60,604 nucleotides of DNA from Paracoccaceae bacterium (GTDB lineage: Bacteria; Pseudomonadota; Alphaproteobacteria; Rhodobacterales; Rhodobacteraceae). The notes below the pieces were generated by a model that did no database searches, had not been told where the DNA came from, and saw nothing but the letters and a program-made list of their open reading frames with translations. Positions 28,197 to 41,150 of this stretch are shown here, one piece after another. Where the stretch lies: positions 1 to 60,604 of the forward strand of contig RFZI01000001.1 in NCBI GenBank assembly GCA_009920775.1, in the 5' to 3' direction. Numbering within the stretch: the first letter of the stretch is position 1; each line of letters begins with the position of its first letter. Both the position numbers and the translations under genes were made by a program.

Positions 28197-29066
28197 ATGC
28201 CCGAATTGCCCGAAGTCGAGACCGTCCGCCGCGGTTTGTTGCCTGCGATGGAGGGCCGCGTGATCGAACGGGCGCAGATCAACCGCCCCGATCTGCGCTG
28301 GCCCTTCCCCGAGCGGATGCGCGAAAGGCTCGAAGGCAAGCGCGTTCTCGCCCTGCGCCGCCGTTCGAAATACATCCTCGCGGATCTGTCGTCGGGCGAG
28401 TCGCTTTTGATCCATCTCGGGATGTCGGGCCGGATGCTCGTCTCGGGCCGTGTTCTTGGGGAGTTTCACCAAGATGTCGGCGTTACCGACGATCACCCCG
28501 AACCGCAAAAGCACGATCATGTGGTCCTCGATCTCGAAGGCGGTGCGCGTGTCACGTTCAACGATGCCCGCCGTTTTGGCGCGATGGACCTTCTCGATAC
28601 CGCCACCGCCGAGGATCACTGGCTCTTGCAGGATCTTGGCCCCGAACCCTTGGGCAACAGCTTTGACGGCCCCTATCTGGCCGCCCGCCTCAAAGGCAAA
28701 GGAAGTCCGATCAAGACGACCCTTCTCGACCAGAGAATCGTCTCGGGCCTTGGCAATATCTATGTCTGCGAAGTGCTCCACCGTGCCGGAATCAACCCCC
28801 GGCGCAAGGCCGGGCAGATTTCCGAGGCGCGGGTCGGCGGGCTTGTGCCGATCATCCGCGAGGTGCTGTCCGAGGCGATCGAGGCGGGCGGATCGTCGCT
28901 GAAAGACTATCGGCAGGCCGATGGCGAACTCGGTTATTTTCAACACGTTTTCAGGGTCTACGACCGCGAAGGCGCCCCTTGTGTGACCCCAGGCTGCGGC
29001 GGCACCGTGCACCGCGTCGTTCAGGGCGGCCGGTCGACCTTCTATTGCCCCCGCTGCCAAAGATAG
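28197..29066 (+). CDS. mutM: formamidopyrimidine-DNA glycosylase MutM/Fpg
   Basis: Start at the canonical MPELPEVE (ATG 28197). C-terminal zinc finger CxxCx16CxxC ([16 protein letters not shown]). Confidence 0.9.
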   Translation: MPELPEVETVRRGLLPAMEGRVIERAQINRPDLRWPFPERMRERLEGKRVLALRRRSKYILADLSSGESLLIHLGMSGRMLVSGRVLGEFHQDVGVTDDHPEPQKHDHVVLDLEGGARVTFNDARRFGAMDLLDTATAEDHWLLQDLGPEPLGNSFDGPYLAARLKGKGSPIKTTLLDQRIVSGLGNIYVCEVLHRAGINPRRKAGQISEARVGGLVPIIREVLSEAIEAGGSSLKDYRQADGELGYFQHVFRVYDREGAPCVTPGCGGTVHRVVQGGRSTFYCPRCQR

Positions 29067-29128
29067 CTTGATCGCGGCGGCCGCAATGCTAAGCACTTGC
29101 CCGACTGCTCACAACAAAAGGCCCGAAA

Positions 29129-29905
29129 ATGGCTTATGAAACCCTGATCGTAGAGATGCATGACTATGTGTCCTACATCACCCTCAACCGCCCCGATGCC
29201 CTCAACGCCCTCAACCTCACGCTCTTGCAAGAGCTGTGCGACGCGCTCGAAGAGGCCGACGCCAACGACAAGGTGCGCTGCATCGTCATCACCGGCTCGG
29301 AAAAGGCCTTCGCTGCGGGCGCCGATATCTCGATGATGTCTGAGAAATCTTTCGTCGACGTTTACACCGAAAAACTTTTCGCCAACGAAGGCGAGCGCTT
29401 TAACCGGACCCGCAAGCCGATCATTGCTGCTGTGTCCGGCTATGCGCTGGGCGGCGGGTGCGAGCTTGCCATGATGTGCGATTTCATTATCGCCGCTGAC
29501 AACGCCAAATTCGGCCAGCCCGAGATCAACCTCGGCGTCATCGCCGGCCTTGGTGGATCGCAGCGCCTGCCGCGCTATGTCGGTAAGGCCAAGGCGATGG
29601 ATATGCACCTGACGGGCCGGTTCATGGATGCCGCCGAAGCCGAACGCTGCGGCCTTGTCTCGCGCGTTGTGCCGGTCAAGAAGCTCAAGGAAGAGGCGCT
29701 CGCCGCCGCGGTAAAGATCACCGAGAAATCGCTTCTAGCCGCCGCTGCCGCCAAGGAAGCGGTCAACGCCGCCTTCGAGACCCCGCTGGCCGAGGGCCTG
29801 AGGGTTGAACGCGCGCTCTTCTATGCGCTCTTTGCCACCGAAGATCAGAAAGAAGGCATGGCCGCCTTCCTTGAAAAGCGCGAAGCCCAATTCCGCGACA
29901 GATAA
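29129..29905 (+). CDS. enoyl-CoA hydratase (crotonase family)
   Basis: 258 aa. [37 protein letters not shown] crotonase motifs. Confidence 0.85.
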   Translation: MAYETLIVEMHDYVSYITLNRPDALNALNLTLLQELCDALEEADANDKVRCIVITGSEKAFAAGADISMMSEKSFVDVYTEKLFANEGERFNRTRKPIIAAVSGYALGGGCELAMMCDFIIAADNAKFGQPEINLGVIAGLGGSQRLPRYVGKAKAMDMHLTGRFMDAAEAERCGLVSRVVPVKKLKEEALAAAVKITEKSLLAAAAAKEAVNAAFETPLAEGLRVERALFYALFATEDQKEGMAAFLEKREAQFRDR

Positions 29906-30061
29906 GGCGATTTTGGGCTTTCCAATCGGGGCGTTCTATGGTTATAGCCGCCCCATCCATGCGCGTGAGGCCCGCTTAGGCCAGAATCAGCCGGTTCTAA
30001 AACCCGGTCGGGCCGATTGCGCAGATATTGAACATTGACCCGAACCTAAGGGAACCGAGAC

Positions 30062-30325
30062 ATGGCAAATACGCCCCAGTCCAAGAAACGCGCTCGCCAG
30101 AGCGAGACCCGTTTTGCAATCAACAAGATGCGCCGTTCGCGCATCCGCACCTTCCTGCGCAAAGTCGAAGAAGCGATCGCTTCGGGCGACAAGGACGCCG
30201 CCGCCGCCGCCCTGCGCGCCGCTCAGCCCGAGCTGATGCGCGGCGTCACCAAAGGCGTCGTTCACAAGAACACCGCCGCTCGCAAGATGTCGCGTCTTGC
30301 CTCGCGTGTGAAGGCGATCAACTGA
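30062..30325 (+). CDS. rpsT: 30S ribosomal protein S20
   Basis: 87 aa. [27 protein letters not shown] is typical S20. Confidence 0.9.
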   Translation: MANTPQSKKRARQSETRFAINKMRRSRIRTFLRKVEEAIASGDKDAAAAALRAAQPELMRGVTKGVVHKNTAARKMSRLASRVKAIN

Positions 30326-30355
30326 TTCTCCGATAGCCTCGGCTACCGTTGATCC

Positions 30356-30391
30356 AAAAGGGCGTGCCGGTCTCGGCGCGCCCTTTTTTTC
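30356..30391 (+). terminator. rho-independent terminator of rpsT
   Basis: GGGCGTGCCG-gtct-CGGCGCGCCC stem (one G-U pair) followed by TTTTTTT. Confidence 0.8.
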
Positions 30392-30817
30392 GTCCGACCC
30401 AGCCATAGTTTCGCCGCGATGCAGGGGGCGGGGAGATTCTTTTTCCCCAAACCCAGAGTCAAGCGCGATGTTCTGTTGATTGAGCCCAATCCGACTTGCT
30501 AGCTTGCCGATGCGATTCACATCGTTCCTGGGGGAACAGGGTGGCGCAGGGACGGTTTGGCCTTTTGGCATCGACCCCTGCAATATTTGTTTGGTGTACC
30601 ATTTCGCGGCTTTGCGAGATGTGTGGTTTCTGCTCAGAGGCCTAAGGTCCGGCAGCGCGCCAGATGATGAGGTGGTATTTCACCTTGCCCCAAGGAGCCA
30701 TGTTTCGGCGTCGGGACAACTTGGCCGATGGCCAAGTGACGCTTTGAGACAGGCAGAGTGAACCGACGGCCCGGGGCCGCAAAGCCCGGAAAGAATAGAG
30801 AACGGGACAGGTTGAAG

Positions 30818-32164
30818 ATGACGAAAGAAATTTGGGGGGACGTCCGCGAAATCCTTCGCGGAACGCTCGGAGCGAATAGCTATTCGAACTGGATCGAACC
30901 CCTCGAGTTCTCCAAGCTGGGCGATGGCGTCGCGATCTTCCATGTTCCGACCAACTTCATCGGCAATTATGTCGCCCAGAATTTCGGTGATCAGATTCTC
31001 TATCAACTCAACCGTGCAGGTGCCGCCGTTCAGCGCCTGAGCTTTAATGTGCCATCCGCCAGTGTCATGCGCAGCCCAGCCCAAAGCCGCCCAGCCGCCC
31101 AAGCCGCTGCCGAGCCCGACGAGCTCCCCGGCGCACCGCTCGACGCCCGCTTTACCTTCGACAGCTTCGTTGTCGGCAAGCCCAACGAGCTCGCCCATGC
31201 CGCCGCCCGCCGGGTGGCCGAAGGCGGCCCTGTCACCTTCAACCCGCTCTTCCTTTACGGTGGCGTCGGCCTCGGCAAAACGCACCTGATGCACGCCATC
31301 GCCCACGAGCTTCAACGCCGTCAGCCTGATCTGAATGTGCTCTATCTCTCGGCCGAGCAATTCATGTATCGTTTCATCACCGCGCTGCGTGAACGCAAGA
31401 TGATCGACTTCAAGCAGATGTTCCGCTCGGTCGATGTGCTGATGGTGGATGACGTTCAGTTCATCGCCGGTAAGGACAGCACGCAGGAAGAATTCTTCCA
31501 TACGTTCAATGCCTTGGTGGATGGTCAGAAGCAGATCATCATCTCGGCTGATCGTGCCCCCGGCGAGATCAAGGATCTCGAGGATCGCATCCGCTCGCGG
31601 CTTCAGTGCGGCCTTGTGGTCGATCTGCACCCGACCGACTACGAGCTGCGCCTTGGCATTCTTCAGACCAAGGCCGATCTCTATAAGGCCCAGTATCCGG
31701 GCCTCGTGCTGGCCGATGGCGTTCTCGAATTCCTCGCGCACCGCATTTCGACGAACGTTCGCGTTCTCGAAGGCGCGCTCACCCGCCTTTTCGCTTTCGC
31801 CAGCCTCGTTGGCCGCGAGATCACGCTTGAACTGACGCAGGATTGCCTTGCCGATATCCTCAAGGCCTCGGATCGCAAGGTCACGGTCGAGGAAATTCAG
31901 CGCAAGGTGAGCGAGCATTACAACATCCGCCTGTCCGACATGATCGGCCCCAAGCGCGTGCGCACCTATGCCCGCCCGCGTCAGGTGGCGATGTATCTGG
32001 CCAAACAGCTCACCAGCCGCTCTCTTCCCGAGATCGGCCGCCGTTTCGGTGGGCGCGATCACACCACCGTCATGCACGGGGTCAAACGGATCGAAGAGTT
32101 GCGCAACAAAGATAGCCAGATCGCCGACGATCTGGAGCTCTTGCGCCGCTCTCTCGAAGCTTGA
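30818..32164 (+). CDS. dnaA: chromosomal replication initiator DnaA
   Basis: Start at MTKEIWGDV (ATG 30818). Walker A GGVGLGKTHL, box VII, C-terminal DNA-binding helix GGRDHTTVMHG. Confidence 0.95.
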   Translation: MTKEIWGDVREILRGTLGANSYSNWIEPLEFSKLGDGVAIFHVPTNFIGNYVAQNFGDQILYQLNRAGAAVQRLSFNVPSASVMRSPAQSRPAAQAAAEPDELPGAPLDARFTFDSFVVGKPNELAHAAARRVAEGGPVTFNPLFLYGGVGLGKTHLMHAIAHELQRRQPDLNVLYLSAEQFMYRFITALRERKMIDFKQMFRSVDVLMVDDVQFIAGKDSTQEEFFHTFNALVDGQKQIIISADRAPGEIKDLEDRIRSRLQCGLVVDLHPTDYELRLGILQTKADLYKAQYPGLVLADGVLEFLAHRISTNVRVLEGALTRLFAFASLVGREITLELTQDCLADILKASDRKVTVEEIQRKVSEHYNIRLSDMIGPKRVRTYARPRQVAMYLAKQLTSRSLPEIGRRFGGRDHTTVMHGVKRIEELRNKDSQIADDLELLRRSLEA

Positions 32165-32274
32165 CGCCGCCGCAACACTCTTCGACAGTTGAGAAAAGCA
32201 CTTGAGCCGAGAAGGAAAACCGCTAGGTTTTCCCTCCCGACCGGCGCAGTGCCGTGGAATGCGGAGCAAGAAAA

Positions 32275-33393
32275 ATGAAATTCTCTATCGAACGCGCAGC
32301 CCTTCTTAAGGCAGTGGCTCAGGCCCAGTCGGTCGTCGAGCGGCGCAACACCATTCCGATCCTCGCCAACGTGCTGATCGAGGCCGAGGGCGACACGGTC
32401 CAATTCCGCGCCACCGACCTCGATATCGAGGTGGTCGACCGCGCTCCCGCCAAGGTTGAGCGTGCGGGCGCGACCACGGTTGCCGCCGTGATGCTCAACG
32501 AGATCGTCCGCAAGCTCCCTGATGGGGCGCTGGTAACCCTCACCGAAAACGGCGCCACTGGCCGGTTGAATATCGAAGCGGGCCGCTCGAGCTTTTCGCT
32601 CGCCACCCTGCCGCGCGAAGATTTCCCCGTGATGGCCTCTTCTGACTATGCCTCGAATTTCTCGGCCCCCGCGCCGGTCCTGCGGCGGCTTTTCGACAAG
32701 TCCAAATTCGCGATCTCGACCGAAGAGACCCGCTACTATCTCAACGGCGTCTATATGCACGTCGCCGATAGCGATGGCGGCAAGGTTCTGCGCTGTGTGG
32801 CGACCGACGGCCACCGCCTCGCCCGCATCGACGCCGACCTTCCCGAAGGCGCGGCCGGAATGCCCGGCGTGATCGTTCCCCGCAAGACAGTCGGCGAATT
32901 GCGAACGTTGCTCGAAGACGACGAGATGAAGATCGCGGTCAGTGTCTCGGAAACCAAGATCCGCTTTGCGACCCCCGACATCACGCTCACCTCCAAGGTC
33001 ATCGACGGGACATTCCCCGACTACACCCGCGTCATCCCCTCCGGCAACACCCGCCGCCTCGAGGTCGACGCCGCCGAGTTCGCCAAGGCGGTTGACCGTG
33101 TGGCAACCGTTTCGTCGGAACGTTCCCGCGCCGTGAAGCTGAGCCTCGACGAGGATCGCCTTGTCCTCTCGGTCAATTCCCCCGACAGCGGCGCCGCCGA
33201 GGAAGAGTTGGCCGTGGCCTACGGCGACGAGCGGCTCGAGATCGGCTTCAACGCCAAATACCTCTTGGAGATCGCTAGCCAGGTCGACCGTGAAAACGCC
33301 GTCTTCCTCTTCAACTCTTCCGGCGATCCGGCCCTGATGCGCGAAGGCAATGACACGAGCGCCGTCTACGTCGTCATGCCGATGCGCGTCTGA
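32275..33393 (+). CDS. dnaN: DNA polymerase III beta sliding clamp
   Basis: Start at MKFSIERAALLKAV (ATG 32275). 372 aa, three-domain clamp, YYLNGV and ATDGHRLA motifs. Confidence 0.95.
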   Translation: MKFSIERAALLKAVAQAQSVVERRNTIPILANVLIEAEGDTVQFRATDLDIEVVDRAPAKVERAGATTVAAVMLNEIVRKLPDGALVTLTENGATGRLNIEAGRSSFSLATLPREDFPVMASSDYASNFSAPAPVLRRLFDKSKFAISTEETRYYLNGVYMHVADSDGGKVLRCVATDGHRLARIDADLPEGAAGMPGVIVPRKTVGELRTLLEDDEMKIAVSVSETKIRFATPDITLTSKVIDGTFPDYTRVIPSGNTRRLEVDAAEFAKAVDRVATVSSERSRAVKLSLDEDRLVLSVNSPDSGAAEEELAVAYGDERLEIGFNAKYLLEIASQVDRENAVFLFNSSGDPALMREGNDTSAVYVVMPMRV

Positions 33394-33432
33394 CGTGCCC
33401 CCTGCCATTGATCTGAAGGGAGGCCGCCCGCG

Positions 33433-34545
33433 ATGAGCGGCCTTTTCCTTTCCGAGCTTAGGCTCTCACATTTCCGGTCGCACCGGAAGGCTGTGCTCGA
33501 TCTCGATCCGCGGCCGGTGGCGATCTATGGGCCGAACGGGGCGGGCAAGACGAATATCCTCGAGGCGATCTCGCTCCTGTCGCCGGGCCGCGGCCTCAGG
33601 CGTGCGGCCGCCGAGGATCTGGTGCGGCGGCCCGAGGGGCTTGGCTGGAAGGTCTCGGCCGTTCTCCATTCGCTGCATCAGGTCCACGAGGTCGAGACAT
33701 GGGCCGAGGCGGGCGGCGCCCGTGTCGTGCGGATCGACGACAAGGCCGCCACGCAGGTCGCCCTTGGCCGCATCGCCCGCATCCTCTGGCTCGTCCCTTC
33801 GATGGACCGGCTCTGGATCGAAGGCGCCGATGGTCGCCGCCGGTTTCTTGACCGGATCACCCTCAGTTTCGAGCCGACCCATGCCGAGGCCGTCCTCGCC
33901 TATGAAAAGGCCATGCGCGAGCGCAACCGCCTCTTGAAGGATATGGTCCGCGACGCCCACTGGTATGCCGCGCTCGAGGCGCAGATGGCGGCGTCCGGCG
34001 CGACCATCTGGCAAAACCGCCGCTTCGCCGTAGCCCAGCTTCTCGACGCGCAGGAAGCGGCGGAGACGGCTTTTCCCGTGGCGGATCTGGCCCTGAGCCA
34101 GCCCGAAGGTGATGCGCCGGAGGATGAAGAGGGGCTGAGAGAGGCTTTCGCCGAAGGCCGCGCCCGCGATCTGGCCGCGGGGCGCACGCTCATCGGCCCG
34201 CATCGCGGCGACCTTGAGGCCACCTTCCGCGCCAAGGGCGTTCCGGCCAAGGATTGTTCAACCGGCGAGCAGAAGGCGCTGCTCATCTCGCTCATCCTCG
34301 CCAATGGCCGAGCGCTGGCCCGCGATTTCGGCGCGCCGCCGATCCTTCTCCTCGACGAGGTCGCCGCCCACCTCGACGCCACCCGCCGCGCCGCCCTCTA
34401 TGACGAGATTTGCGCTCTCGGCGCACAGGCGTTCATGACGGGGACAGGGGCTGAACTGTTTGATGAGCTCGGGCAACGCGCCCAGTACGTCGAGGTCCAC
34501 GACGCGGACGGCACAAGCGCCACGGAGGCAAAGACAACACCATGA
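33433..34545 (+). CDS. recF: DNA replication/repair protein RecF
   Basis: 370 aa. Walker A GPNGAGKTNILEA, signature STGEQKALLISL, Walker B ILLLDEV. Confidence 0.9.
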   Translation: MSGLFLSELRLSHFRSHRKAVLDLDPRPVAIYGPNGAGKTNILEAISLLSPGRGLRRAAAEDLVRRPEGLGWKVSAVLHSLHQVHEVETWAEAGGARVVRIDDKAATQVALGRIARILWLVPSMDRLWIEGADGRRRFLDRITLSFEPTHAEAVLAYEKAMRERNRLLKDMVRDAHWYAALEAQMAASGATIWQNRRFAVAQLLDAQEAAETAFPVADLALSQPEGDAPEDEEGLREAFAEGRARDLAAGRTLIGPHRGDLEATFRAKGVPAKDCSTGEQKALLISLILANGRALARDFGAPPILLLDEVAAHLDATRRAALYDEICALGAQAFMTGTGAELFDELGQRAQYVEVHDADGTSATEAKTTP

Positions 34546-34964
34546 CCCTGCCGATGAACCGTGTGACCTTCATCACGCTTGCCGTGCGCGATCTGGCGCG
34601 GGCGCGGGCCTATTACGAGGCGCTGGGCTGGGAGCTGGAAAGCGCGATGGACGAGGTCGCCTTCTATGCCATGAGCGGCTCCAAGTTTGGCCTCTTCACG
34701 CTGGCTGGCCTTGCCCGCGAGACCGGCCGCGAGATTGCCGACCTGAAAACCGGCGCGATGACGCTCGCGCAGAACCAGCCGTCCGAAGCTGAAGTCGACG
34801 CGATGTTCGACCGCGCCATCGCGGCGGGGGCAACGCCCGTGACCAAGCCATTCAAGACCGACTGGGGCGGCTATTCGAGCTATGTCGCCGATCCCGATGG
34901 GCACCTTTGGGAATTCGCCTACAACCCGTTCTCGCCCCTGAACGCCGAAGGCCACATCGCATGA
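34542..34964 (+). CDS. VOC (glyoxalase/bleomycin-resistance) family protein
   Basis: 140 aa. Paired beta-alpha-beta-beta-beta pattern and C-terminal DPDGHLWEF motif. ATGA overlap with recF. Confidence 0.7.
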   Translation: MTLPMNRVTFITLAVRDLARARAYYEALGWELESAMDEVAFYAMSGSKFGLFTLAGLARETGREIADLKTGAMTLAQNQPSEAEVDAMFDRAIAAGATPVTKPFKTDWGGYSSYVADPDGHLWEFAYNPFSPLNAEGHIA

Positions 34965-35581
34965 CAATTTCTCCATCCGAACTGGCCTTTTATGCCTTCG
35001 GAATCTTCCTTTTGTTCATCACCCCCGGCCCCGTCTGGGTGGCGCTCATCGCCCGTGCTCTAGCGGGCGGTTTTGCCGCAGCATGGCCTCTTGCGCTGGG
35101 CGTGACGCTCGGCGATCTCGTTTGGCCCTTCCTCGCCATCCTTGGCGTGACATGGATCCTCTCGGTCTATGGCGATTTTCTCGAACTCATGCGCTGGGTC
35201 GCCACGGCGACCTTCCTCGTCATGGGCTATCTCGTAATTCGTTCGGCAGGCAAACCGATTGACCGCAACAGCCGCCTCACCCGCCCCGGCAAATGGGCCG
35301 GTTTCCTCGCGGGCCTTGCGGTGATCGTGGGCAACCCCAAGGCGATCCTGTTCTACATGGGAATGCTGCCCGGTTTCTTCGACGTGACCCGCCTCACATG
35401 GCCCGACATCGCCGCCATCTGCGCCGTGTCGATGGTCATCCCCTTCGTCGGCAACCTTTGCCTTGCGCTCTTCGTCGACCGCGCCCGACGCCTCCTGAAA
35501 TCGCCGGACGCCCTGCGCCGGATGAACCAGACCGCGGGCGTCCTTCTGATCGGTGTGGGGCTTGCGATCCCCTTCCTCTAG
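34961..35581 (+). CDS. LysE/RhtB-family amino-acid exporter
   Basis: Start at MTISPSELAFYAFGIFLLFITPGPV (ATG 34961, ATGA overlap). 206 aa, 6 TM, NPKAILFY motif. Confidence 0.75.
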   Translation: MTISPSELAFYAFGIFLLFITPGPVWVALIARALAGGFAAAWPLALGVTLGDLVWPFLAILGVTWILSVYGDFLELMRWVATATFLVMGYLVIRSAGKPIDRNSRLTRPGKWAGFLAGLAVIVGNPKAILFYMGMLPGFFDVTRLTWPDIAAICAVSMVIPFVGNLCLALFVDRARRLLKSPDALRRMNQTAGVLLIGVGLAIPFL

Positions 35582-35584
35582 GGC

Positions 35585-36055
35585 TCAGGCGGCCAGAGGC
35601 GCCCCCACGAGCCGGATCCCGTTGCGTGCGCAGGCGGCATCAACGGCCGCGATCATCTCGGGTGTCGGATGCGCCGCCTCGGGCAGGCCCGCCACCGTGG
35701 CAGGGCGCGATGTCTCGCGCACCATCGCCTCGAAATCGCCGCCCGTGGTCACGGTGATCCACTGCGCCCCCTCTTGCGATTCAACGATATAGCTGTGGGG
35801 AATGCCCTTTGGCGCCATCAGGATATCGCCAGCATTCAGGATCACCGGCCTGCCATCAACGCTGAACCGGATGCGCCCCGACAGGACATGGAAAACCTCG
35901 TCCTCGGTGTCGTGGATATGAAGGGGCGGGGAATCCTGAAACGGGGCCCAGTGTTTCAAGACCGAAATCCTGTCGTCACCCGCCGAGGAAGGCACGACGA
36001 TCTTCACACGGGTGTTCATAAACCACAGGGCGGGGTCTTGGGTTTGGTTCTGCAT
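35585..36055 (-). CDS. cupin-domain protein
   Basis: Start at MQNQTQ (ATG 36055, AGGAGAG RBS). Cupin motifs PLHIHDTEDEVFHVLSG and PKGIPHSY. Confidence 0.65.
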   Translation of the reverse strand: MQNQTQDPALWFMNTRVKIVVPSSAGDDRISVLKHWAPFQDSPPLHIHDTEDEVFHVLSGRIRFSVDGRPVILNAGDILMAPKGIPHSYIVESQEGAQWITVTTGGDFEAMVRETSRPATVAGLPEAAHPTPEMIAAVDAACARNGIRLVGAPLAA

Positions 36056-36143
36056 TTCTCTCTCCTTGAGTGGGTGGGATGAGAGAAGGCTAGAACCGAC
36101 CAAATCATATTGGAAATTGATAGTAATTATATAAGATATTCAC

Positions 36144-37112
36144 ATGGTGAATATTCGAACGCTCGACCTCAATCTTTTGCGCGTCTTCGAGGCGATGATG
36201 CACCATCGCAATGTGAGCCGCACCGGCGATGCGCTGGGCCTCACCCAGCCCGCCGTCAGCGCCGCGCTCGGGCGGCTTCGGGATCATCTGGGCGATCCGC
36301 TTTTCGTGCGGGTTGGCAACAAGATGGTGCCAACAGCGCGGGCCGAGGCGATCGCCGGTCCGGTTTCCGCAGCGCTAAACTCGCTCGCCGCCGCATTGGG
36401 CGAAACCGCCCCGTTCGACCCAGCCACCGCGACCGAAACCTTTGCCCTGCGCGGCGCCGATTTCTTCTCGATGCGCCTGATGCCGCCGCTCGCAGGCCGT
36501 TTGGCTCTGGAAGCGCCGGGCGTCACTCTGCGCTTTCTCGACAGCGCACGGGGGGACACGCTCGATCTGCTCGAAGACGGCAGCATCGACCTTGCGCTCG
36601 AACAACCCATGGATCCCCCGCCTTGGGTCTCGCGCACGCTGCTCTTCCCTTCGCCCTTCGTGCTGGTCGCGGCCAGGGATCATCCCGCCATCTCCGCGCG
36701 GGGCATTGCGGCGGGCGCGACCTTGCCGCTCGATCTCTTCTGTGATCTGCCCCATGCCCTGCGCTCCACCGATGGCACCATGTCGGGCATGACCGACACG
36801 GCTCTCGCCGCTCAGGGCCGCGCCCGCCGGGTCGCTTTGGTCTTGCCGCATTTCGAGGCAATCCTTCATGCTGTCTCTCAAAGCGGGATGATCTCGGTGG
36901 TGCCGGTCCAGCTTGTCGCAGGCCGCACAGATGAATTGGGCCTTGCCCTTTACGAGCCGCCCCTCGCCATTCCGACCCCGAAAATGCAGCTCTATTGGCA
37001 CAGCCGAAACGACAAGGCGCCGCCGCAGATTTGGCTTCGACAGAGGGTTCTCGAAGAGGTGGCGCGGCTCTGGGGCGAAGATCGGGTTTTCGACCGCCCC
37101 GCTGCGATCTGA
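36144..37112 (+). CDS. LysR-family transcriptional regulator
   Basis: 322 aa. N-terminal wHTH LDLNLLRVFEAMMHHRNVSRTGDALGLTQPAVSAAL. Divergent from the cupin gene across an AT-rich region containing TTATATAA (36127-36134). Confidence 0.85.
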   Translation: MVNIRTLDLNLLRVFEAMMHHRNVSRTGDALGLTQPAVSAALGRLRDHLGDPLFVRVGNKMVPTARAEAIAGPVSAALNSLAAALGETAPFDPATATETFALRGADFFSMRLMPPLAGRLALEAPGVTLRFLDSARGDTLDLLEDGSIDLALEQPMDPPPWVSRTLLFPSPFVLVAARDHPAISARGIAAGATLPLDLFCDLPHALRSTDGTMSGMTDTALAAQGRARRVALVLPHFEAILHAVSQSGMISVVPVQLVAGRTDELGLALYEPPLAIPTPKMQLYWHSRNDKAPPQIWLRQRVLEEVARLWGEDRVFDRPAAI

Positions 37113-37200
37113 ACCCGTCACCAAACCCACAAAATATGGGGGTTTCGCCGTGACAATCCCCCCGCGTTCCCCTATATTTTGGCGACTGAATGCAAGGTGA

Positions 37201-39642
<2,442 letters not shown>

Positions 39643-39670
39643 TCCGGCGGCCTTCCGCCGAAGCTGAAAA

Positions 39671-39708
39671 GAGCCGGTTGCAGGAATTGCAGCCGGCTCT
39701 ATTCATTT
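39671..39708 (+). terminator. probable intrinsic terminator after gyrB
   Basis: GAGCCGGTTGCA-ggaat-TGCAGCCGGCTC 12-bp stem (one G-U pair) followed by TATTCATTT. Confidence 0.55.
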
Positions 39709-39724
39709 GCGCCAAGGAGATCCC

Positions 39725-40119
39725 ATGACCCAAATCCCCCGCCGCGCCTTGATCCTCACCGGCCTTGCCGCGCTTGCCGCCTGTAGCCGCACGCCCGAGG
39801 TGGCCGATGTTGCTACGGATGCCCCGCTCTACCCCGGCGAGACCCCGCAGATCCGCGCCCTCATCAACCACTACGCCGATCTCTACGATGTGCCGCGCAG
39901 CCTCGTGCATCGCGTCGTACAGCGGCAACAATGGGCCACAGGGGCCCCGCCGCCGATCTGTTCGATCCCGACGTGAATCTCCGCTACGGCGTGAAATACC
40001 TGCGTGGCGCGTGGCTCGTCGCGGGCGGCGATCCTGACGCGGCGGTCGGCTGGTATGCGCGTGGCTATTACTACGAGGCCAAACGCCTCGGGCTTTTGAA
40101 GGAAACTGGCCTGATCTAG
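39725..40119 (+). pseudogene. lytic transglycosylase (SLT-domain) lipoprotein with internal deletion plus frameshift
   Basis: Lipobox LTGLAALAAC, then ..YDVPRSLVHRVVQR goes out of frame. ORF 39931 resumes at MGHRGPAADLFDPDVNLRYGVKYLRGAW..GWYARGYYYEAKRLGLL. The ES..GLMQ catalytic segment that normally follows VVQR is missing. Junction 39926-39931. Confidence 0.65.
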
Positions 40120-41150
40120 CGGCCGATCCGCCCGAAAACGAGCGGTGCGCCCATGATCACCAGCAGGATCCGCAAGAGGTGCATCACCGAGACAAAAGCC
40201 ACATCCTGCCCCATGGCCAGCGCAAGGAGTGACATCTCGGTCAGGCCCCCAGGCGAATAGGCAAGGAAGATCTGGCTGGCCTGCGATCCGGTCAGCTCGG
40301 CCGCGATGAAGGCAAAAGCCACGGCCACAAAAAGCATCCCCAAGGACGACAGCGCCCCAAGGCTCAGATCCTTGCCCACCTCGCGGAAGGTCGCCCCGAG
40401 AAACCGGCAGCCGATAACAGTCCCCAAAGCCACCTGCGCCACGACGATAACAAGCGTCGGTGGCGCGGACTCGACCACTTCGCCCAGATGCAGCGCCGCG
40501 CTCAGAAGCATCGGCCCAAGCATATTCGGCGCAGGCGCACGCAAGAGCTTGCCAAACGGCACGCCCAAAACAGCGCAGCCCCCAAGCCAGAGCCAGTCCT
40601 CCAGCGTCAGCACATCCATTGCGATCCACGGCCGCCCGCCGCTCCCACCGGGGCGCACGCCAAGGACAAAGCCATAGAACATCCCCACGCAAGTGATCAC
40701 CACGAGGATCCGGCTCGCGTGCGCCAGCGCGATCCGCCGTTCATTGCCGCCCGCCGCCGTGCCGAGGATCAGCATATCATTCAGCCCCCCCGGCATGGCC
40801 GAGAAATAGGCCGTCACCGGATCGTATCCGGCCACCTTGCGATAGATGAAGATCGACACCGCAGCAGCGCTGGCCAGAAACGGGATCATGATGGCAAGCG
40901 TCACGCCCCAATCGCCGAGATGGCCAAAGATCCCCTTATTGACCGCCGAGCCGAGCATCACACCGATAATCGGAATCACGATGGGCCGAAGCACCAGCGG
41001 CCCCGCAACCGGCAAGCCAATGATCGAGGCAATCGTCGTCGCGATCATCGGGCCGAGCATCCACGGCAGCGGCATACCAAGCCAGTTGGCCAGATAGCCC
41101 GCCGCGCCACCGATCACGAGCGCAAGGGCGATCCGCGCGGTCTTAGGCAT
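40116..41150 (-). CDS. AbrB-family (AbrB_dup / putative ammonia monooxygenase-like) membrane protein
   Basis: Start at [20 protein letters not shown] (ATG 41150, 8-bp overlap with the trhO stop). 344 aa, about 10 TM, internal duplication. Confidence 0.65.
   Translation of the reverse strand: MPKTARIALALVIGGAAGYLANWLGMPLPWMLGPMIATTIASIIGLPVAGPLVLRPIVIPIIGVMLGSAVNKGIFGHLGDWGVTLAIMIPFLASAAAVSIFIYRKVAGYDPVTAYFSAMPGGLNDMLILGTAAGGNERRIALAHASRILVVITCVGMFYGFVLGVRPGGSGGRPWIAMDVLTLEDWLWLGGCAVLGVPFGKLLRAPAPNMLGPMLLSAALHLGEVVESAPPTLVIVVAQVALGTVIGCRFLGATFREVGKDLSLGALSSLGMLFVAVAFAFIAAELTGSQASQIFLAYSPGGLTEMSLLALAMGQDVAFVSVMHLLRILLVIMGAPLVFGRIGR

Noticed and set aside
28113-29096. N-terminal 328-aa extension of the ubiE ORF (578-aa ORF 27360-29096)
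   Set aside because: The extension is antisense to mutM and has no methyltransferase similarity. The canonical UbiE N-terminus [16 protein letters not shown] begins at the internal ATG at 28112.
30392-30817. Calling the rpsT-dnaA spacer oriC
   Set aside because: There is no cluster of good DnaA boxes (best 7/9) and no obvious AT-rich unwinding element. Alphaproteobacterial origins are often not adjacent to dnaA. It cannot be decided without replicon-wide GC skew.
32214-32233. Terminator between dnaA and dnaN (GGAAAACC-GCTA-GGTTTTCC)
   Set aside because: It is a perfect 8-bp hairpin, but it lacks a downstream U-tract and lies in a normally co-transcribed dnaA-dnaN spacer. It may be an attenuator or RNA-stability element, but the evidence is insufficient for a terminator call.
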